Source: Marsupella aquatica (lineage: Eukaryota; Plantae; Marchantiophyta). From it: DNA of 64,000 bases. Positions 62,401-64,000 of this stretch are shown one piece after another. The stretch spans positions 20,226,803 to 20,290,802 of the forward strand of contig OZ316895.1 in assembly GCA_973895155.1 (NCBI GenBank). The letters run 5' to 3'. Within the stretch, counting starts at the first letter, position 1, and each line of letters begins with the position of its first letter. The notes beneath the pieces are model-generated. The model saw nothing but the letters and a program-made list of their open reading frames with translations, did no database searches and was not told the DNA's origin. The translations under genes were made by a program, and so were the position numbers.

Positions 62401-63886
62401 AGCATAAACAAGCATATAACGCGCGGGAAGTTCACTCCGCAATGGTCGCAAAAAGTGGGCAACACTGAAAGGAAAACCCTACGTAAAACCCCGAACACTC
62501 CACCCCTCACGTTCTAAGTTCAATGACAATGGCGAAAACTCCAAAGAGACTCCCAAAGTGAAGTTTAGTGCCTGAAACCGAATTAGGGGAAGCCACTCAG
62601 CCTTACCGTTTGAGTGAGCCGTTGAGTGTCACCCAAAGTGGGACAAAGCTACAAAGTGTTACTGCATGGCCAACTTAGGCAATGAATGGTCATATTTGCA
62701 CATACATGGTCGGTAGTGACATTTTATTGCACGCCGTAATCAGGATTAAGGTTGCCCAACATTATATCCGGTCCTAAAATGCAATATTCCCGGTGCAAGA
62801 ATGTGACCTAGCTCTAATGTATGAAAAAGGACCGGTACAAATCTACCTTTGTGCATCTTGACCTTTTATAGATGGATTTAGTAATGGCCAAGAATATCTT
62901 GACCATCCCTCCATGGTCCAACCTCCATGAACCCCACTTCATTAAACCCAAAACCTTTTTGGTCACAAATAAGGACATTTAATGAGTTATGCCCCTTGCT
63001 ATCACCCTCTTTATAGATTTATTTTTTTGTTTGAAATTTTACATTTATTCCGCGTGAACCCCACGGATGGGGGAACCAGTAGGCCAAATGGCATCATAAA
63101 ACCTCAACACCCAAAGGAGGCAATAACAAAGAGTTACTCAACCAGGGTCATCAGATCAGGCAAAGATTGCGAAGCCGTTCTTCTAGTGGTCCATGCAACA
63201 AGTAACAACTAGGGAATAAGCACTAGAAGGCGCAGTAGGTCAGCATAGTGTAAGTGTAAAGTGTCAAAGCATTGTCTAGTACTAAATTAATCCACCTGAT
63301 TAGTAAGAAGGGGGTGTATACTGTAATGGGAAAAAGAAAAAAAACCAAGGCATGAGCAAGGGCCACCAAGAGTGGTGCAGCTATAAGCTATAGGGATTGA
63401 ACACAATGCGGGGGGGCAGTGGCACTATGTATGAGGAAATCACGGGAGTATCGGTGTCAAATGAGTCGACAAAACTCCCAGATAGCCACACAGTATAAAT
63501 CAATCTCACAGAAGGCTGCCATCAATGGAGGAAACAATTTGACACGACCCACATCTGAGAGTGTGAATTCGCTCGATCTCCAGCAGTTCTTTGGCACTCG
63601 ATAGACGTCGGTGCTTTCGGCTCAAAGATGAAGGAGAATTACCCCTCCTCAACATAGAGTGAACATTACCCATGATGTGCTAGACTATTCACCCTTCACA
63701 AAGTAGCAAGGTTACTTCTCATAGTCTTTTAGTGAACCATAAAACTCTCATAGTCTTTTCTAGTCTTCAACAAAACCGGTGCAATGGGTGCGAGTTGTTT
63801 TAAGTATGGAAAAAGGACTTAGTGGGCATAGTCCTATAAGGTATGGTCTAAATTGCCCCGGTTTCTACTAGTGCATGCATGACGAG

Positions 63887-64000
63887 TGTCAACACCTTGC
63901 AATGGGGCTTAACTCTTTTTTAGAGTTAAATCTACCACTACTGCCCCTTCTTATCATTGTCCGAATTCCTAGGACGGGCGAATAGCAGGACAGTAGGTCA
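63887..64000. mobile_element. Start of another family B LTR, inverted relative to 29084-32206, running off the window
   Basis: TGTCAACACCTTGCAATGGGGCTTAACTC...CCTAGGACGGGC is the reverse complement of ~32095-32206. Confidence 0.9.

Larger units (their letters stand above)
47326..63873 (-). mobile_element. 16.5-kb CACTA (En/Spm) transposon with TnpD, TnpA and additional cargo ORFs
   Basis: 18-bp TIR CACTAGTAGAAACCGGGG (47326-47343 and 63856-63873), TSD CAT on both sides, subterminal GACT/AGTC repeats, same TIR as 36062-41427. Confidence 0.97.

Overview
Eukaryotic, intron-containing, TE-dense DNA, most likely from a non-seed land plant (inferred from plant-type SMC6, EDM2-like PHD, CACTA and gypsy/copia families). 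It contains one host gene, an SMC6 copy on the minus strand (11848-17062) that lacks its hinge region. The rest is nested transposons: degenerate Ty3/gypsy pol fragments, solo or partial LTRs, a complete Ty1/copia element (19902-25228, TSD CTCTC), and two CACTA elements of one family (36062-41427, TSD GCA; 47326-63873, TSD CAT). Two systems stand out. (1) After removing three nested insertions, a gypsy element reads as a DNMT3-like C5 cytosine methyltransferase directly upstream of RT-RNaseH-integrase, and a second methyltransferase fragment lies at about 6.4-6.9 kb. (2) The 16.5-kb CACTA carries, upstream of TnpD/TnpA and on the same strand, compact ORFs for an EDM2-type composite PHD finger, tandem BRCT domains, an F-box-like protein and a Cys/His-rich orphan; this is a candidate chromatin/anti-silencing cargo. 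An orphan repeat plus RNxxAH (HEPN-like) ORF sits just upstream of SMC6. Family calls are by motif recognition, with no database searches.
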